Assembly (NCBI GenBank): GCA_963719495.1
Contig: CAVRCI010000001.1
Coordinates: 160,001 to 224,000, forward strand
Source: an uncultured Verrucomicrobiae bacterium
GTDB taxonomy: Bacteria > Verrucomicrobiota > Verrucomicrobiia > Chthoniobacterales > JAATET01
Length of the DNA stretch: 64,000 nucleotides
Reading direction: 5' to 3'
The notes below the pieces were generated by a model. The model saw only the letters and a program-made list of their open reading frames with translations, ran no database searches and was not told the DNA's origin. The translations under genes and the position numbers were made by a program. Numbering within the stretch: position 1 is the first letter of the stretch; each line of letters starts with the position of its first letter. Positions 49,801 to 59,533 of the stretch are shown piece after piece.

Positions 49801-50029
49801 ATTCCATGTCCTGCACGCCGTTGACCTGCTGCTCGATCGGCGTGGCGACCGAGGATTCGACCGTGAGAGCGTCGGCCCCCACGTAGGTCGTCGCGACCTG
49901 GATCTGCGGCGGCACGATGTTCGGAAACTGCGCGATGGGCAGCCCGAGCAGGCTCACCAACCCGAGGATCACGAGGATGATCGAGATGACGATCGCGACG
50001 ATCGGCCGGTTGATGAAAAACCGCGACAT
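46847..50029 (-). CDS. RND efflux permease (HAE1, AcrB/MexF-like)
   Basis: FFINRPIVA, GLVVDDAIVVVE, GLSAKNAILIVEFA, RLRPILMT. Confidence 0.97.
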   Translation of the reverse strand: MSRFFINRPIVAIVISIILVILGLVSLLGLPIAQFPNIVPPQIQVATTYVGADALTVESSVATPIEQQVNGVQDMEYMYSVNSNNGQMTLNVFFGVETDSTTDQILTQMRQNQATSQLPTDVRNFGVTVNQATSAPLLIFALYSPDSTYDATFLANYAYINLTNDLARVNGVGNVNVFGAGQYAMRFWVRPDALAKLNITVQEIVSAVNAQNTVNPAGQIGGSPVPAGQEFTYSVIAQGRLVTEEEFGGIVIREEADGSNVTLADVARIELGAQNYAIQGRFDGKPSAVIALYQQAGSNALDAAAEARKIMAEAALGFPVGLEYKVALDTTLAVTESMRDIVKTLFEAIVLVIIVVFIFLQGWRATLIPLIAVPVSLIGTFAFFPVFGFSVNTLSMFGLVLAIGLVVDDAIVVVEAVEQHIERGMSPRDAAFKAVGEVQGPVVATALVMIAVFVPTIFIPGITGEMYQQFAVTIAVSVAISAFNALSLSPALAAMLLKPKTESNGWLAKFFRLFNRGFGRVTDGYVKTSGLLIRKCVITLIGLAILVGGTVVMGWKLPPGFIPNDDQGYVFGLAQLPNASSLQRTGEVATDLEAIIEKTPGVESVTTVLGYDLMSQVTMTYSAFFFITLEEWGERHTKDTQVPAILQHINREFSQVPGAMAFAFPPPAIPGIGTSGGATFILQDRSGGSVEFLAEQTQNFLEAAEKRPELSRVTTTLLPSVPQLGVEVDVQKVLKQGVQIESVYQTLQAFLGGVFINYFNRFGLQWQVYLAADGDFRNSMDNLGLFYVRNDQGDPVPLSALVNVEPRMGPEFTMRYNMYRSAQINATSAPGYSSGQAMTALEEVFAATMPTEMGYDYSGMSFQEQQAAQGVSPGVIFGLSLLFVFLIMAAQYESWSLPFSVLMATPVAVFGAFAALLLRRFEAGFYENDVYTQIGLVMLIGLSAKNAILIVEFAKAELEKGKSIYDAALAGAKLRLRPILMTAFAFILGCVPLWIATGSGAVSRRILGTAVIGGMLASTLIGIFLVPVAFYVVEKLVEKRRKNTEPRMDANGRESEKIST

Positions 50030-51324
50030 CAGTTCGCCGGGGCGGGGGTCGACGTGGCGGTCGCGGCGGGCGTCGCGCTCGCGGCGGGCGCGGGCGATGG
50101 GGCGGGCGTCGCGTCCGGCTCGAGGGTCGGGCCGGCCTGGCTCGGCTCGGCTTCGTCGAGCGAACCCTTCTCCGCGGGGTCTTCCTCGTAGGGCTCGGTT
50201 CGGACGACCGCGCCGTCCTTGATTTTTTGCAATCCTTCCACGACGACCACGTCACCCGCGACCAGCCCCTCTTCGATCACTTGAAGGCTCCCGACCGTGG
50301 GCCCGGTCGTCACGGCTTTGAGCGTCACTTTGTTGCCCTCCCCGATCACTCCGACCCGGCTGATCCCCTGCAGATCACCGACGGCGCGCTGCGGGATCGC
50401 GATGCCGTCGGGCAGGACCTTGGTGACCGCCGTCACGAGACCGAATTGGCCGGGGCGCAGGAGATTGCCGGGATTCGGAAAGATGCCTTGGAGCGAGAGC
50501 GATCCCGTTCCGGCGTTCACCGTGCTGTCGACCGCCGTCAACTCGCCGGTGCGCGGGTAGACGTCGCCGTTAGCCAGCGTGAGGGTGAGCGCCGTCATGC
50601 CGCCCTTTTTCTCGGGCTGGCCGATGGGTGACTTCGACGGGTCGTCGAAAAATTGTTGGATGAAATCGATGTATTCCTGCTCGGCGGCGGAGAAGTTCAC
50701 CTTGATCGGATCGACCTTCGTGACCGTCGAGAGCACGCCGGTCGAGGGCCCGACGAGGTCGCCAACCTGCGCGGTCGCGATGCTCGAAATGCCGTCGATG
50801 GGCGACTCGATGTTGGTGAAATCGAGGTTGAGCCGCGCCTGTTCGACCGCCGCGTTGGCGGAGTCCGCCGCCGCTTTGCTGGCCTGGTATTGCTGCAGCG
50901 TGTCGTCGTATTGCTGCTGACTGATGACCTCTTTTTTGTAGAGTTCCGCCGAGCGGTCGGCATTGAGCTTGTCCTTGGTCAGCTGCGCCAGGGCTTGCGC
51001 CGCACCACCCTGGGCCTGCGCGAGAGTCGCCTGGAAGGGCCGCGGATCAATCTTGAAAAGGACGTCACCTTTCTTGACGAGCGAGCCGTTTTGATAAACC
51101 TGCTCGAGCAAATAACCACTCACCTGCGCGCTGATCGCGGCGTTCACGTCGCCATCCAGTGTGCCGACCCACGTGTGCGAGAGCGGGACGCGCTGCGTCT
51201 CGACGGTCATCACCTGAACGAGCGGCGGCTGGGGCGTCGGAGCTTTCGGCTTTTCGCAAGCCGTGAGCAGCGCGAGCGCCGCCAGAAGTCCCGCGGAGGA
51301 CCGAATCGAATAACCACGCCTCAT
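50029..51324 (-). CDS. RND periplasmic adaptor lipoprotein (MFP)
   Basis: Lipobox LTAC, AQVSGYL, GDVLFKIDPRPF, ESPIDG, PNPGNLLRPGQF. Confidence 0.95.
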   Translation of the reverse strand: MRRGYSIRSSAGLLAALALLTACEKPKAPTPQPPLVQVMTVETQRVPLSHTWVGTLDGDVNAAISAQVSGYLLEQVYQNGSLVKKGDVLFKIDPRPFQATLAQAQGGAAQALAQLTKDKLNADRSAELYKKEVISQQQYDDTLQQYQASKAAADSANAAVEQARLNLDFTNIESPIDGISSIATAQVGDLVGPSTGVLSTVTKVDPIKVNFSAAEQEYIDFIQQFFDDPSKSPIGQPEKKGGMTALTLTLANGDVYPRTGELTAVDSTVNAGTGSLSLQGIFPNPGNLLRPGQFGLVTAVTKVLPDGIAIPQRAVGDLQGISRVGVIGEGNKVTLKAVTTGPTVGSLQVIEEGLVAGDVVVVEGLQKIKDGAVVRTEPYEEDPAEKGSLDEAEPSQAGPTLEPDATPAPSPAPAASATPAATATSTPAPAN

Positions 51325-51336
51325 GGACGCAGAGTT

Positions 51337-52293
51337 CTAACCAGCCGGGCCGGTTCGACAATCCCAAAACACCTCGCCCGCCCGGGCTTCGAGTGCCGTC
51401 CCGTCGATCCCGGACCCAATGAGCACGGCGACGGGCGCTTCCACGCGCGACTCGGCCCCGATCGGCAGCCACTGGACGCCGCCGTCCTCGATCCGCTGAA
51501 AGACGTGAAATTCCTCCGGCGAATCCGCCAGCTTCGCGAGACCCTTCACGCGGATGACTTCGCGCGGCAGCCCGGCGAGAAACGCCGCCAGCACGGGCCG
51601 CTCGACCACCGGCGGAAGGTCGATCTGGATCGAGGAAAAATGGTGCGCCGCGTGCCGCGAGACGTCCGGCTTTCGGATTCGATACGTCGTCCCGCGCTCG
51701 GGCGAATCACGCACACTTTCCCCGACGGCACTCAACTCTTTCGCGAATTCCACGGCGTCCACCCGCGGCGCGACGACCGCGTGTTTGGCGAAGGAAACTT
51801 CCACAGCCGACCGCCGCTTTTCGTCGATCTCATCCCACCGCGACAGATGAAGAAACGCCGCCGTCCGCACCTGTTCGAGCTCGAGCGAGTTGTGCCAGAA
51901 GCGCTTCTGCCATCGCTTCGCGTCGATCACCGAGAGCTGAATCGGCTGCGTGAGCGCCCGGAGCCCCGGTTCGAGCGCGAGCAATTCGATGAGCGCCTCC
52001 GCGTCCGTCGTCCCGTTCGTCTCGACGACGACCACCCGCCCCGGCCCCGGCTCGAAGGCCGTGAGCGAGTTGACCAATTCGTCGCGTGACCCGCAGCACA
52101 CGCAGCTCCCGCTGATCGGCACGACCGTCTCCGTCAACTCGCGCAGCAGCTCGGCGTCGACCCGCGCGTTCTGGTAATCGTTGATGATCACGTGCGGTTG
52201 CAATCCCTCCGCGGCCATCGCGGGGAGCAGGGAGCGGAGGTAAGTCGTCTTCCCGGCACCGAGAAATCCAACGAGAAGAACGAGCGGCGTCAT
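51337..52293 (-). CDS. CobW/COG0523 G3E GTPase-like metallochaperone
   Basis: GFLGAGKTT, GSCVCC, VETNG, C-terminal VIRVKG. Confidence 0.88.
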   Translation of the reverse strand: MTPLVLLVGFLGAGKTTYLRSLLPAMAAEGLQPHVIINDYQNARVDAELLRELTETVVPISGSCVCCGSRDELVNSLTAFEPGPGRVVVVETNGTTDAEALIELLALEPGLRALTQPIQLSVIDAKRWQKRFWHNSLELEQVRTAAFLHLSRWDEIDEKRRSAVEVSFAKHAVVAPRVDAVEFAKELSAVGESVRDSPERGTTYRIRKPDVSRHAAHHFSSIQIDLPPVVERPVLAAFLAGLPREVIRVKGLAKLADSPEEFHVFQRIEDGGVQWLPIGAESRVEAPVAVLIGSGIDGTALEARAGEVFWDCRTGPAG

Positions 52294-52307
52294 GGGAACT
52301 ATCGGGC

Positions 52308-53708
52308 TTAGACCGATACCGTCGGCGGGCGTTCGAGAAATTTCCCGGGATTCAGGTTATCCGCCGGATCGAGCGCCGCCTTGATCGTCTGGTGGAGCGC
52401 CCGCAGCTCGGGCGTGGTCGCCTGATCCCACCAATCTTTTTTCGCCAGACCGATGCCGTGTTCGCCCGAGATCGCGCCACCCCATTCGAGGACTTTCGCA
52501 AAAAGTTCGTCCAGCGCGACGTGTACCTTCGTCCGAACTTCCGGACGGTCGTAATCCGCGGCCATGATGTTCACGTGAATGTTCCCGTCGCCCGCGTGAC
52601 CGAAACACGCGATCGGGTAGCCGCACCGCTTCTCCAACCCCTCCGCGAACCGCACGAGATCCACCAACCGCCCGCGCGGCACGACGATGTCTTCGTTCAA
52701 TTTCGTCAGCCCCGTCGCCCGCAACGACATCGAAAAACCGCGCCGCAACGCCCACAGCTCCCGGCAATCCGCGTCCGTCGTCGCGGTCACGACCTCCGTC
52801 GCGCCACTTTCGCCGAGCAGCTTGGCCAGGTCCTTCGTCTCGCCGAGCAGACTGGCGACCTGCCCGTCGATCTCGATGAGCACGTGCGCGTTCCCCGGCG
52901 GGACGCGCGTCAACGCCCCATTCGCCCGCGCCGCTTCGAGCGTGAACCGGTCCGCGACCTCGACCGCCGCCGGCAGGAACCCCCGCCGAAACACCGCCTG
53001 CACCGCCCCCGCCGCCGCCCGCATCGACGGGAACCCCGCCGACAGCACCGCCCGCGCCGGCGGATCGGGCAGCAACCGCAACGTCGCCTCGGTCACCACG
53101 CCCAACATCCCCTCCGATCCCACGAACATTCCAATGAGATCGAACCCGGTCTTGTTTTTGTGATTCCGCCCACCGATCCGCACGACCGTCCCGTCGGCCA
53201 GCACGATCTCGAGACCGAGCACGTAATTCCGCGTGACTCCATATTTCAAACACCGCGGGCCGCCCGCATTCGTCGCGATGTTCCCGCCAAGGCTGCAGTT
53301 ATCCAGGCTCGCCGGGTCCGGCGGATAAAGCAGGCCCTTCCGCTTGGCCCGCGCCTGCAGCCTTCCGGTGATCACCGCGGGCTGCACGACGGCCACAAAA
53401 TCCCGCGCGTCCACCGCGAGGATCCGGTTCATCCGCCGCGTCGAAAGCACGATCCCACCCCGCACCGGCACGCAGCCACCGACGTAACCGTAACCCGCCC
53501 CGCGCGTCGTCACCGGCACGCCCGCAGCGTGCGCCGCGCGCAGGACGAACGCCACGTCCGCCGTCGATCCCGGCAGCACCGCCAAATCGGGCGCCTGCGC
53601 GGCGAACCACTTGTCGCCGGCGAATTCCGCGAGCCGAGCCGCGTCGCTCACGACGTGCTCGGACCCCAGACGACGGCTGATTTTCTGACGCAGCGCTCGT
53701 TCGATCAC
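52308..53708 (-). CDS. FAD-linked oxidase, glycolate oxidase GlcD-like
   Basis: YPPDPAS..SLGGNIATNAGG..KYGVTR, GSEGMLG, FGHAGDGNIH, ISGEHGIG, NPGK. Confidence 0.93.
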   Translation of the reverse strand: MIERALRQKISRRLGSEHVVSDAARLAEFAGDKWFAAQAPDLAVLPGSTADVAFVLRAAHAAGVPVTTRGAGYGYVGGCVPVRGGIVLSTRRMNRILAVDARDFVAVVQPAVITGRLQARAKRKGLLYPPDPASLDNCSLGGNIATNAGGPRCLKYGVTRNYVLGLEIVLADGTVVRIGGRNHKNKTGFDLIGMFVGSEGMLGVVTEATLRLLPDPPARAVLSAGFPSMRAAAGAVQAVFRRGFLPAAVEVADRFTLEAARANGALTRVPPGNAHVLIEIDGQVASLLGETKDLAKLLGESGATEVVTATTDADCRELWALRRGFSMSLRATGLTKLNEDIVVPRGRLVDLVRFAEGLEKRCGYPIACFGHAGDGNIHVNIMAADYDRPEVRTKVHVALDELFAKVLEWGGAISGEHGIGLAKKDWWDQATTPELRALHQTIKAALDPADNLNPGKFLERPPTVSV

Positions 53709-53788
53709 GCCCGCACTATCCCGAATTCTCCGACCACGTAAAGCGCCCGGCTGGCTTCCGCCCCGACTTTTTGCTTAGACTCCGCGCG

Positions 53789-54538
53789 ATGTTCTTCCGC
53801 CGCCGCGCCCCCGCCAGCCCCGAGTCCGCCTCCGCCGCACCCGGTTCTCGCCAGCGTCCCATCGGCGAACTCACGTCCTTCCTCGAGGACGTGCGCGCCC
53901 GCGGCTTCCGCCCGCGCGGCATTCTCGACGTCGGAGCGCACCGCGGCGATTGGACGCGCGCCGTGGCACCAATTTTTCCCGACGCCGCGTTCATCCTCAT
54001 CGAACCGCTCGCGGAAATGGCCGACGACCTCGCCCGCACCGCCCGCGACGTCCCCCGCTGCACCGTCCTCCCGCACGGCGCGGGTCCTGCGACCGGCGAA
54101 TTCTTCCAGACCGTCAGCCCCGACCTCGCGGGATCGTCGTTCCTCCCCAAACCGAAGCCCGAGAAAATCGACGCCGGCCAGCAGCGTCCGACCCGCGTCG
54201 TCACCCTCGACTCGGTCGTCGCCGAGCACCCCGGCTTCCACCCCGACCTCGTCAAACTCGACGTGCAGGGATTCGAACTCGAAGTCCTCGCCGGAGCCAC
54301 CACCCTCTTCGGCCACACGGAACTCTTCATCCTCGAGACGTCGCTCTTCTCGTCCTCTCGCCGCCTCCCGACGACCCGCGACGTCATCGCCCACCTGGCC
54401 GACCGCGGCTACGAACTCTACGACGTCACCGGCCACCTCCGCCGCCCCCTCGACGGCGCCCTCGGCCAGATCGACCTCGCCTTCGCCCGCGCCGACGGCC
54501 ACCTCCGCCGAATCCTCCGCTGGGCCGCCGAGACTTGA
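53789..54538 (+). CDS. FkbM family methyltransferase
   Basis: ILDVGAHRG, TLDS, LVKLDVQGFELEVLAGA. Confidence 0.9.
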   Translation: MFFRRRAPASPESASAAPGSRQRPIGELTSFLEDVRARGFRPRGILDVGAHRGDWTRAVAPIFPDAAFILIEPLAEMADDLARTARDVPRCTVLPHGAGPATGEFFQTVSPDLAGSSFLPKPKPEKIDAGQQRPTRVVTLDSVVAEHPGFHPDLVKLDVQGFELEVLAGATTLFGHTELFILETSLFSSSRRLPTTRDVIAHLADRGYELYDVTGHLRRPLDGALGQIDLAFARADGHLRRILRWAAET

Positions 54539-55300
54539 TCAAAGAGGTTTCGAACGCGGAACCCCGTCGCCGATCACGACGTCCTGGATCCATCGGCGCA
54601 CCCGCGCTCGCTCGCCGGCCGGAAACCCGTGCGCGACTCCCACCATGGTTCGCGCCGTCACCTCGAGTCCGGCGTCTCGCGCGGTCAGAACCATCGGTTG
54701 CATGAAACCCAGACTTCCGTTGTAGCCGTCGCCCCACGCCAGATAGCAAAATTTCCCATCCAGTTTCTTGGCCGCCCGCTCTTCCCGACAGCCCCCCTCG
54801 ACGATCACGAACGCGTCGAACCGATCCACGAAACCCGCCCGTCCTTGCGCCACGTAACTCCCAACGGTGTGCGCTCCGTTGCTCAGTCCGGCGACCACCC
54901 GCGCCCCCGTTTCCGCGTTCGGCACTTCGGCGAAAAGGCGTTCGATCATCACCAGATGGAACTCCCAGATTCGATCCATCCGCCCTCGCTGCGACGCCTC
55001 GAGCGGTCGCGCCCCCCCACCGGGATACGGCATCGCCGCGACCACGAATCGCTCGAAGTCCACCAATCCAGCCGCCCCAGCCGGATCCGCGCCACCCCTT
55101 CCCCCCGCGAACCACAACAGCAAAGGCACGGGCGTCGTCACGTCGTATCCGTCGGGAAACGAAACCCCGAATCGCGCCGACTCACCGCGCTGATCCTCCC
55201 CGAGGCTTGGGCATTCGAAATACCGCACCTCCGCCGCGCCGACGCCGCCCCCGATCACCCCGGCCATCAACACCACCAGCCCTACCCACCCCGCCCTCAT
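54539..55300 (-). CDS. secreted alpha/beta-hydrolase-fold protein
   Basis: Signal peptide, PLLLWFAGG, VAGLSNGA (GxSxG), VAHGF; ATGA-coupled to the upstream giant gene. Confidence 0.75.
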   Translation of the reverse strand: MRAGWVGLVVLMAGVIGGGVGAAEVRYFECPSLGEDQRGESARFGVSFPDGYDVTTPVPLLLWFAGGRGGADPAGAAGLVDFERFVVAAMPYPGGGARPLEASQRGRMDRIWEFHLVMIERLFAEVPNAETGARVVAGLSNGAHTVGSYVAQGRAGFVDRFDAFVIVEGGCREERAAKKLDGKFCYLAWGDGYNGSLGFMQPMVLTARDAGLEVTARTMVGVAHGFPAGERARVRRWIQDVVIGDGVPRSKPL

Positions 55301-58300
55301 CGCAACGCCCGGGCCAAAAATTCCTGACTCATCCGCACCACCTCGCGCGTCGGCTGATGGGCCACCCCCGGGAGAATCCGAAACTCCGGCTCGCAACCCG
55401 CCGCCCGCAACACCGTCACGAATTGCTCGGCGGCCGCGCGCCGGTTAAAATCGTCGATTCCCGCGTCGTCGGCTTCCCCCACCGTCACCAGAGTCGGAAC
55501 CCCGCGGAGTTCCCCCATCGGACACTGCCCCGCCAACCCCTCCAACCACGCCCACGTCGACGCGCTGTGCGCCGACAGGGCCGCCGTCCGCGCCGAATTC
55601 CACCGTGAGAACGATTGCACGAACTGCGCCCCGCCGCCGTAGCCGTGCAAAAGCCAGCGCTCGTCGTTCAGCGGCGTCCGTTCGCCGATCTTTGCCACCG
55701 CCCGCACCAGAGCTTCTCCCGACCACGACTGCGCGTTTTGATAAGCGGCGAGCGCGTGACCGAGCCGTCGCGGGTAGTCCGCCGAGTTGAACTGCGGTGC
55801 CACCAGCACGAGGTCATTCTCGTCGGCGAAGCGCGCCCACGCCGACTCCCCGTCCAGCATCGGCAGCACCCCTTCCTGCATCGAAGGCGCGAGGACCAGG
55901 ACCCGACGCCCGCGAGCGTCGTCGCCATCCCCCCCGCTCGGCACCCGGTAAAAAACCGTCAGCTCCGGGTTGTTGAGCTGCGGCGTCCGCACGCGCACCG
56001 CGCTCACGCCGCGCGGAAGCCGGGCCCGCTCCGGATCGAAGCGCGCCTCTTCGAGCGCCCGCAACGCGTCCGCCGCCACGCTGCCACTCTCCGTCGCCCG
56101 GAGAATCCAATCGCGGTAATTCGGCCCGATCCGATAAGACGCCCGCACGTTTCGATCCTTCGCCCGACTCACCGCGCTCCGAAACGCCGTGATCGCCTCC
56201 GCGCGCTGACCCGTCACCCGCAGCACCCGACCGAGGTGGTAATCGGCCGACGCCCGGATGGCCTCCGTGAGCGCTTCCGACGAATCCTTCGACATCGGTG
56301 CCGCGGCCACCTCCCGCAACCACGCTTCAGCCTCCGCGTCCCGTCGACCCTGCGCTAAAACGATTCCGCAATCCACCAGCATCGCCCGATCATCATCGAA
56401 CAAGGGCCTCCCCAGAAAGACCCGTCGCAGACCCGGCAACCGCTCGCTCGCCATGCGCTCGGCCAACGCCGCCGCCGAAGTCCCGATCGTCACGTCGCCG
56501 TCCGTCCGCGACCACCACCGCCGCCAATCCGCGGGCTTGCGGCTCGCCATCGCCCGCTCGAAGGCCCGCTCCTCCGCCGCCAACAAGGCCGCTCGATCCC
56601 GGAAATGCCCCGGCCCCGCGTCCATCTGATCCGCCAGTTGCTCGCCCGATTCCGCCCGGGTCAGTTCCCGCCAATCAAGCATGTTGCGATCCCACGTCCG
56701 CGCCGTTCGGTCCGCCACCCCACACCGCGCCGCGGCCACCCGGGACGCCGCGCGGAAATCCTCGTGCCACGTCGCGTAATCCTCGTCGCTCACCACCTCC
56801 CGGAAAAGCTGATTGCAGAGGCGATGAAAGAAATACGCCACGTAGGTCTCGACCCGCTGGTATTCCTCCGGCGTCTCGGCGCGCCCCAGCCAGAAGGCCA
56901 GGGTGTCCGCCGCGTAGTCCGCCATCTCCCGCCAGTGCCTCGCCGGGGCGCCGGGGTCCACGTGGCCCAGACCGATCCAGGGTCGACCCACCGACTCGAG
57001 GGCCGACCGCATCGCCCCGTAGGCAATCGTTCCCGCCAAATTCAGGCAGCGAGGAAATTGCTCCAGCCACTCTGGCTCCACCCGAATCAAGCGATCCCCG
57101 CGACCCTGAAAAGCAATCGCGAAGGCGAATTCCCGCCTGAGTTCCTCGTCATCGAAAAGCGAAAACGCCGACCGCCCGATGGCCGAAACGTCGTTCCACT
57201 CGATCCGCGGTTCGCCCTCGTCGGAAATTTCGACCCGAAACCGCTCCGGCCCGTAAAAGTCCTCCGGTCGCCGCGCGTCCGCGTCCCCCCCCACCACCCG
57301 CGCCAGGTAAAGGATCGTCCGCGTCAGCTTCGCCAGACTATCGCGCCTCGGCAGCGCCTCGTCCGGCAGCGCTTCGAGCCGCCGCAACAACGCCGCCGAC
57401 TCCGCCGACAGCACCTCCGGCGTCATCCCCGCCATCGAATCGAAGAGCCAAAAATACCGCGCCGCCACCCGAGCCGGATGAGCTTCACCGCCGGAACTTT
57501 CGGCGCTGAACTCCCCCAACTCCGCCACCGCGTCCATCGTCTCGCCGCTGAAATGCCCACCATTCCCCGGCCACTGCAAAAACGCCTGCAGCCGCTCGAA
57601 CTCCAGCCAAGCCCGCATCGGCTGGTCCTCCGGCAGACGGGCGATGAGGTCATCCCGGCGCGCGAAGTCGAGAAATCCGTCCAGGCCATCCTTCCCGTCG
57701 CTTCCCTTGCGCAGTGCCATCCCGATCGCCTTGGGGTGCGTCGGGTTCACCAGCAGCAATTGCAGTAGGTGGACGTTCCGATCCGCCCGGTTCTTCGCCG
57801 CCGATATCGAGTCCAGAATCTCCCCCTCCGCCGGCAAATCGATTTCGACCCGACCAGCCGTGGCCCCCTCTTCCCAGCCCGATTCGGCGGCGACGAGATC
57901 GGGCAGCGTCCCGCGGAGCAGCGCACCCCAACCACTCCGCTCCGTCGGCAAATCCGTCGTCAGCGCACCGACGACCTCGCCCGAGATCGTGTTCACCAGC
58001 GACCAATCCACCCGCCAGCGCCCGGTCGCCTCCCGGCTCAATTCGCCCCGGAGCGCCCGTCGCGAGACGAAACCCACGCTCGTTTCCCAGCGCGCCCCCT
58101 CCGTGTGACTCGTCCGCGCGAGCAAGTCGTATTCATCCCGGATCAACCCCAGGGACTCCGGCAACAACAACTCCGGTCCCGCCAACGCCTCAACCGCTTC
58201 CATGGCCACCGCCGTCGCCGCCGCGTCCGATGCCCCGCCGCCTCCGGTGCCTTCCGCCACCGTCACCCCCAGGAAAGTCACGCCATCGCGCGGTCGCGCA

Positions 58301-59343
58301 TCTGCGCCCACCGCCGCGCCCCGCCCCACCAGACCCAACTCGACGAAACGCCGCATCGCCGCCGCGAACCCCGTCAGTCCCACCGCGTCGTAGCACCGCG
58401 CCTCCCAGAGATAGGCCGGCACGAATTGACTGTTCAGCTCGTAGGCCCGCTGGAACTCCGCCGTCGCTTCCAACGGTCGACCCGCCGCGAACAGCGACAC
58501 GCCCCGGTAGTAGGGTTCCAACGCTTCCGGCTCGACCCTCTGCCGAAACACCGGGCGCTCGTCCTCCGCCGACTCGCCGAGCCTTTCCTCCAAAAATTCC
58601 GCCACCACCCGGGGCAGCCGCGCCCCCGGGAACCGACTTGTCATTTCCCCCAGCGCCTCCCCGCGCGAACCCGTCACCGACACGTGCACCCCACCCGCGC
58701 CGCCATCCAAACGAACCAAAAAGTCCGCCCCGGGAAACGCCTCCATCCCGTCCGCACCCTCGGCCCGGAACCCCGCCTCCGCCGACTCCCGCTCCTCGAG
58801 CACCCGCAGCGTCAGCTCGCGATCCAACCCGCGATACCCCCGCCGCTCGCACCAATCTCTCACCGCGAAACCCGCCTCACCCAATTCCGATCCCTCGCCT
58901 TCCACAACCGCCACGCTGACCCCGCGGCCACTCCCTTCGCTCGATTCGAGGCGCAGTCCCGTCACCGCCCCGGCCAATCCCTCCAGCTCCGCGACCCTCA
59001 TCGCGCCAGCCTGCTCTCCGGTCGCGGCGTCGACCGCGAACACCTCCCACCCCTCGCCCACCGCCGCGACCCCGACCAACCAATCCGCTCGCAATACCCG
59101 TCCCATCGCCACCAAATCGCGCCGCTCGGCGCTCAGGACCCGTTCCTCGAACACGAGCTTGATCTCGTCGCGCGAAACCAGCTCGACCCCCGCTTCATTC
59201 GACAACGCCGCCTCGACCAGAGCCGCGGCATCGAGCGCCGCCGGGGTCGTCGCCACGACCGCCACGCGGGATCGATCCTCAGCCCACAAACCCGCCAACC
59301 CCAACCCGAACCAACTCAGCAAAAACAGCAATCGAACATCCAT
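55297..59343 (-). CDS. ~1350-aa secreted protein: CsgG/TolB_N-like domains, TPRs, C-terminal alpha/beta-hydrolase-like domain
   Basis: Signal peptide; VELVSRDEIKLVFEERVL..MGRVLRADWL; TPR YYRGVSLF...AYLWEARCY; C-terminal LVLVAPQF, LHGYGGGAQF, VGEADD, GVAHQ. Confidence 0.8.
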   Translation of the reverse strand: MDVRLLFLLSWFGLGLAGLWAEDRSRVAVVATTPAALDAAALVEAALSNEAGVELVSRDEIKLVFEERVLSAERRDLVAMGRVLRADWLVGVAAVGEGWEVFAVDAATGEQAGAMRVAELEGLAGAVTGLRLESSEGSGRGVSVAVVEGEGSELGEAGFAVRDWCERRGYRGLDRELTLRVLEERESAEAGFRAEGADGMEAFPGADFLVRLDGGAGGVHVSVTGSRGEALGEMTSRFPGARLPRVVAEFLEERLGESAEDERPVFRQRVEPEALEPYYRGVSLFAAGRPLEATAEFQRAYELNSQFVPAYLWEARCYDAVGLTGFAAAMRRFVELGLVGRGAAVGADARPRDGVTFLGVTVAEGTGGGGASDAAATAVAMEAVEALAGPELLLPESLGLIRDEYDLLARTSHTEGARWETSVGFVSRRALRGELSREATGRWRVDWSLVNTISGEVVGALTTDLPTERSGWGALLRGTLPDLVAAESGWEEGATAGRVEIDLPAEGEILDSISAAKNRADRNVHLLQLLLVNPTHPKAIGMALRKGSDGKDGLDGFLDFARRDDLIARLPEDQPMRAWLEFERLQAFLQWPGNGGHFSGETMDAVAELGEFSAESSGGEAHPARVAARYFWLFDSMAGMTPEVLSAESAALLRRLEALPDEALPRRDSLAKLTRTILYLARVVGGDADARRPEDFYGPERFRVEISDEGEPRIEWNDVSAIGRSAFSLFDDEELRREFAFAIAFQGRGDRLIRVEPEWLEQFPRCLNLAGTIAYGAMRSALESVGRPWIGLGHVDPGAPARHWREMADYAADTLAFWLGRAETPEEYQRVETYVAYFFHRLCNQLFREVVSDEDYATWHEDFRAASRVAAARCGVADRTARTWDRNMLDWRELTRAESGEQLADQMDAGPGHFRDRAALLAAEERAFERAMASRKPADWRRWWSRTDGDVTIGTSAAALAERMASERLPGLRRVFLGRPLFDDDRAMLVDCGIVLAQGRRDAEAEAWLREVAAAPMSKDSSEALTEAIRASADYHLGRVLRVTGQRAEAITAFRSAVSRAKDRNVRASYRIGPNYRDWILRATESGSVAADALRALEEARFDPERARLPRGVSAVRVRTPQLNNPELTVFYRVPSGGDGDDARGRRVLVLAPSMQEGVLPMLDGESAWARFADENDLVLVAPQFNSADYPRRLGHALAAYQNAQSWSGEALVRAVAKIGERTPLNDERWLLHGYGGGAQFVQSFSRWNSARTAALSAHSASTWAWLEGLAGQCPMGELRGVPTLVTVGEADDAGIDDFNRRAAAEQFVTVLRAAGCEPEFRILPGVAHQPTREVVRMSQEFLARALR

Positions 59344-59365
59344 CACGAAAAGAATCTGCAACCAT

Positions 59366-59391
59366 GACGCCGCTGAGACCCGGATCCTTGG
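59366..59391 (-). promoter_or_regulatory. putative ECF-sigma promoter for the giant gene
   Basis: CCAAGGAT-N14-CGTC on the minus strand, 22 nt before ATG 59343. Confidence 0.65.
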
Positions 59392-59485
59392 GATTTTTTC
59401 CGGCGACCTCGAGACAACTCCGAGCGAGCCACCCGACCCCACTCCCGGCTCCTTCGTCAATTTTTTCCGGAAACCAACGAAAGTT

Positions 59486-59511
59486 CCAAGGATTCCGCCC
59501 GGCCCGCCGTC
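59486..59511 (+). promoter_or_regulatory. putative ECF-sigma autoregulatory promoter
   Basis: CCAAGGAT-N14-CGTC, 22 nt before ATG 59534. Confidence 0.65.
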
Positions 59512-59533
59512 TCACCTGATAGAACGACCCACG

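Noticed and set aside
47357..50191. 944-aa plus-strand ORF and similar long shadow ORFs (2551-4548, 3467-5437, 32035-33765, 57769-59367)
   Set aside because: Antisense or off-frame to well-supported genes; stop scarcity is expected at high GC.
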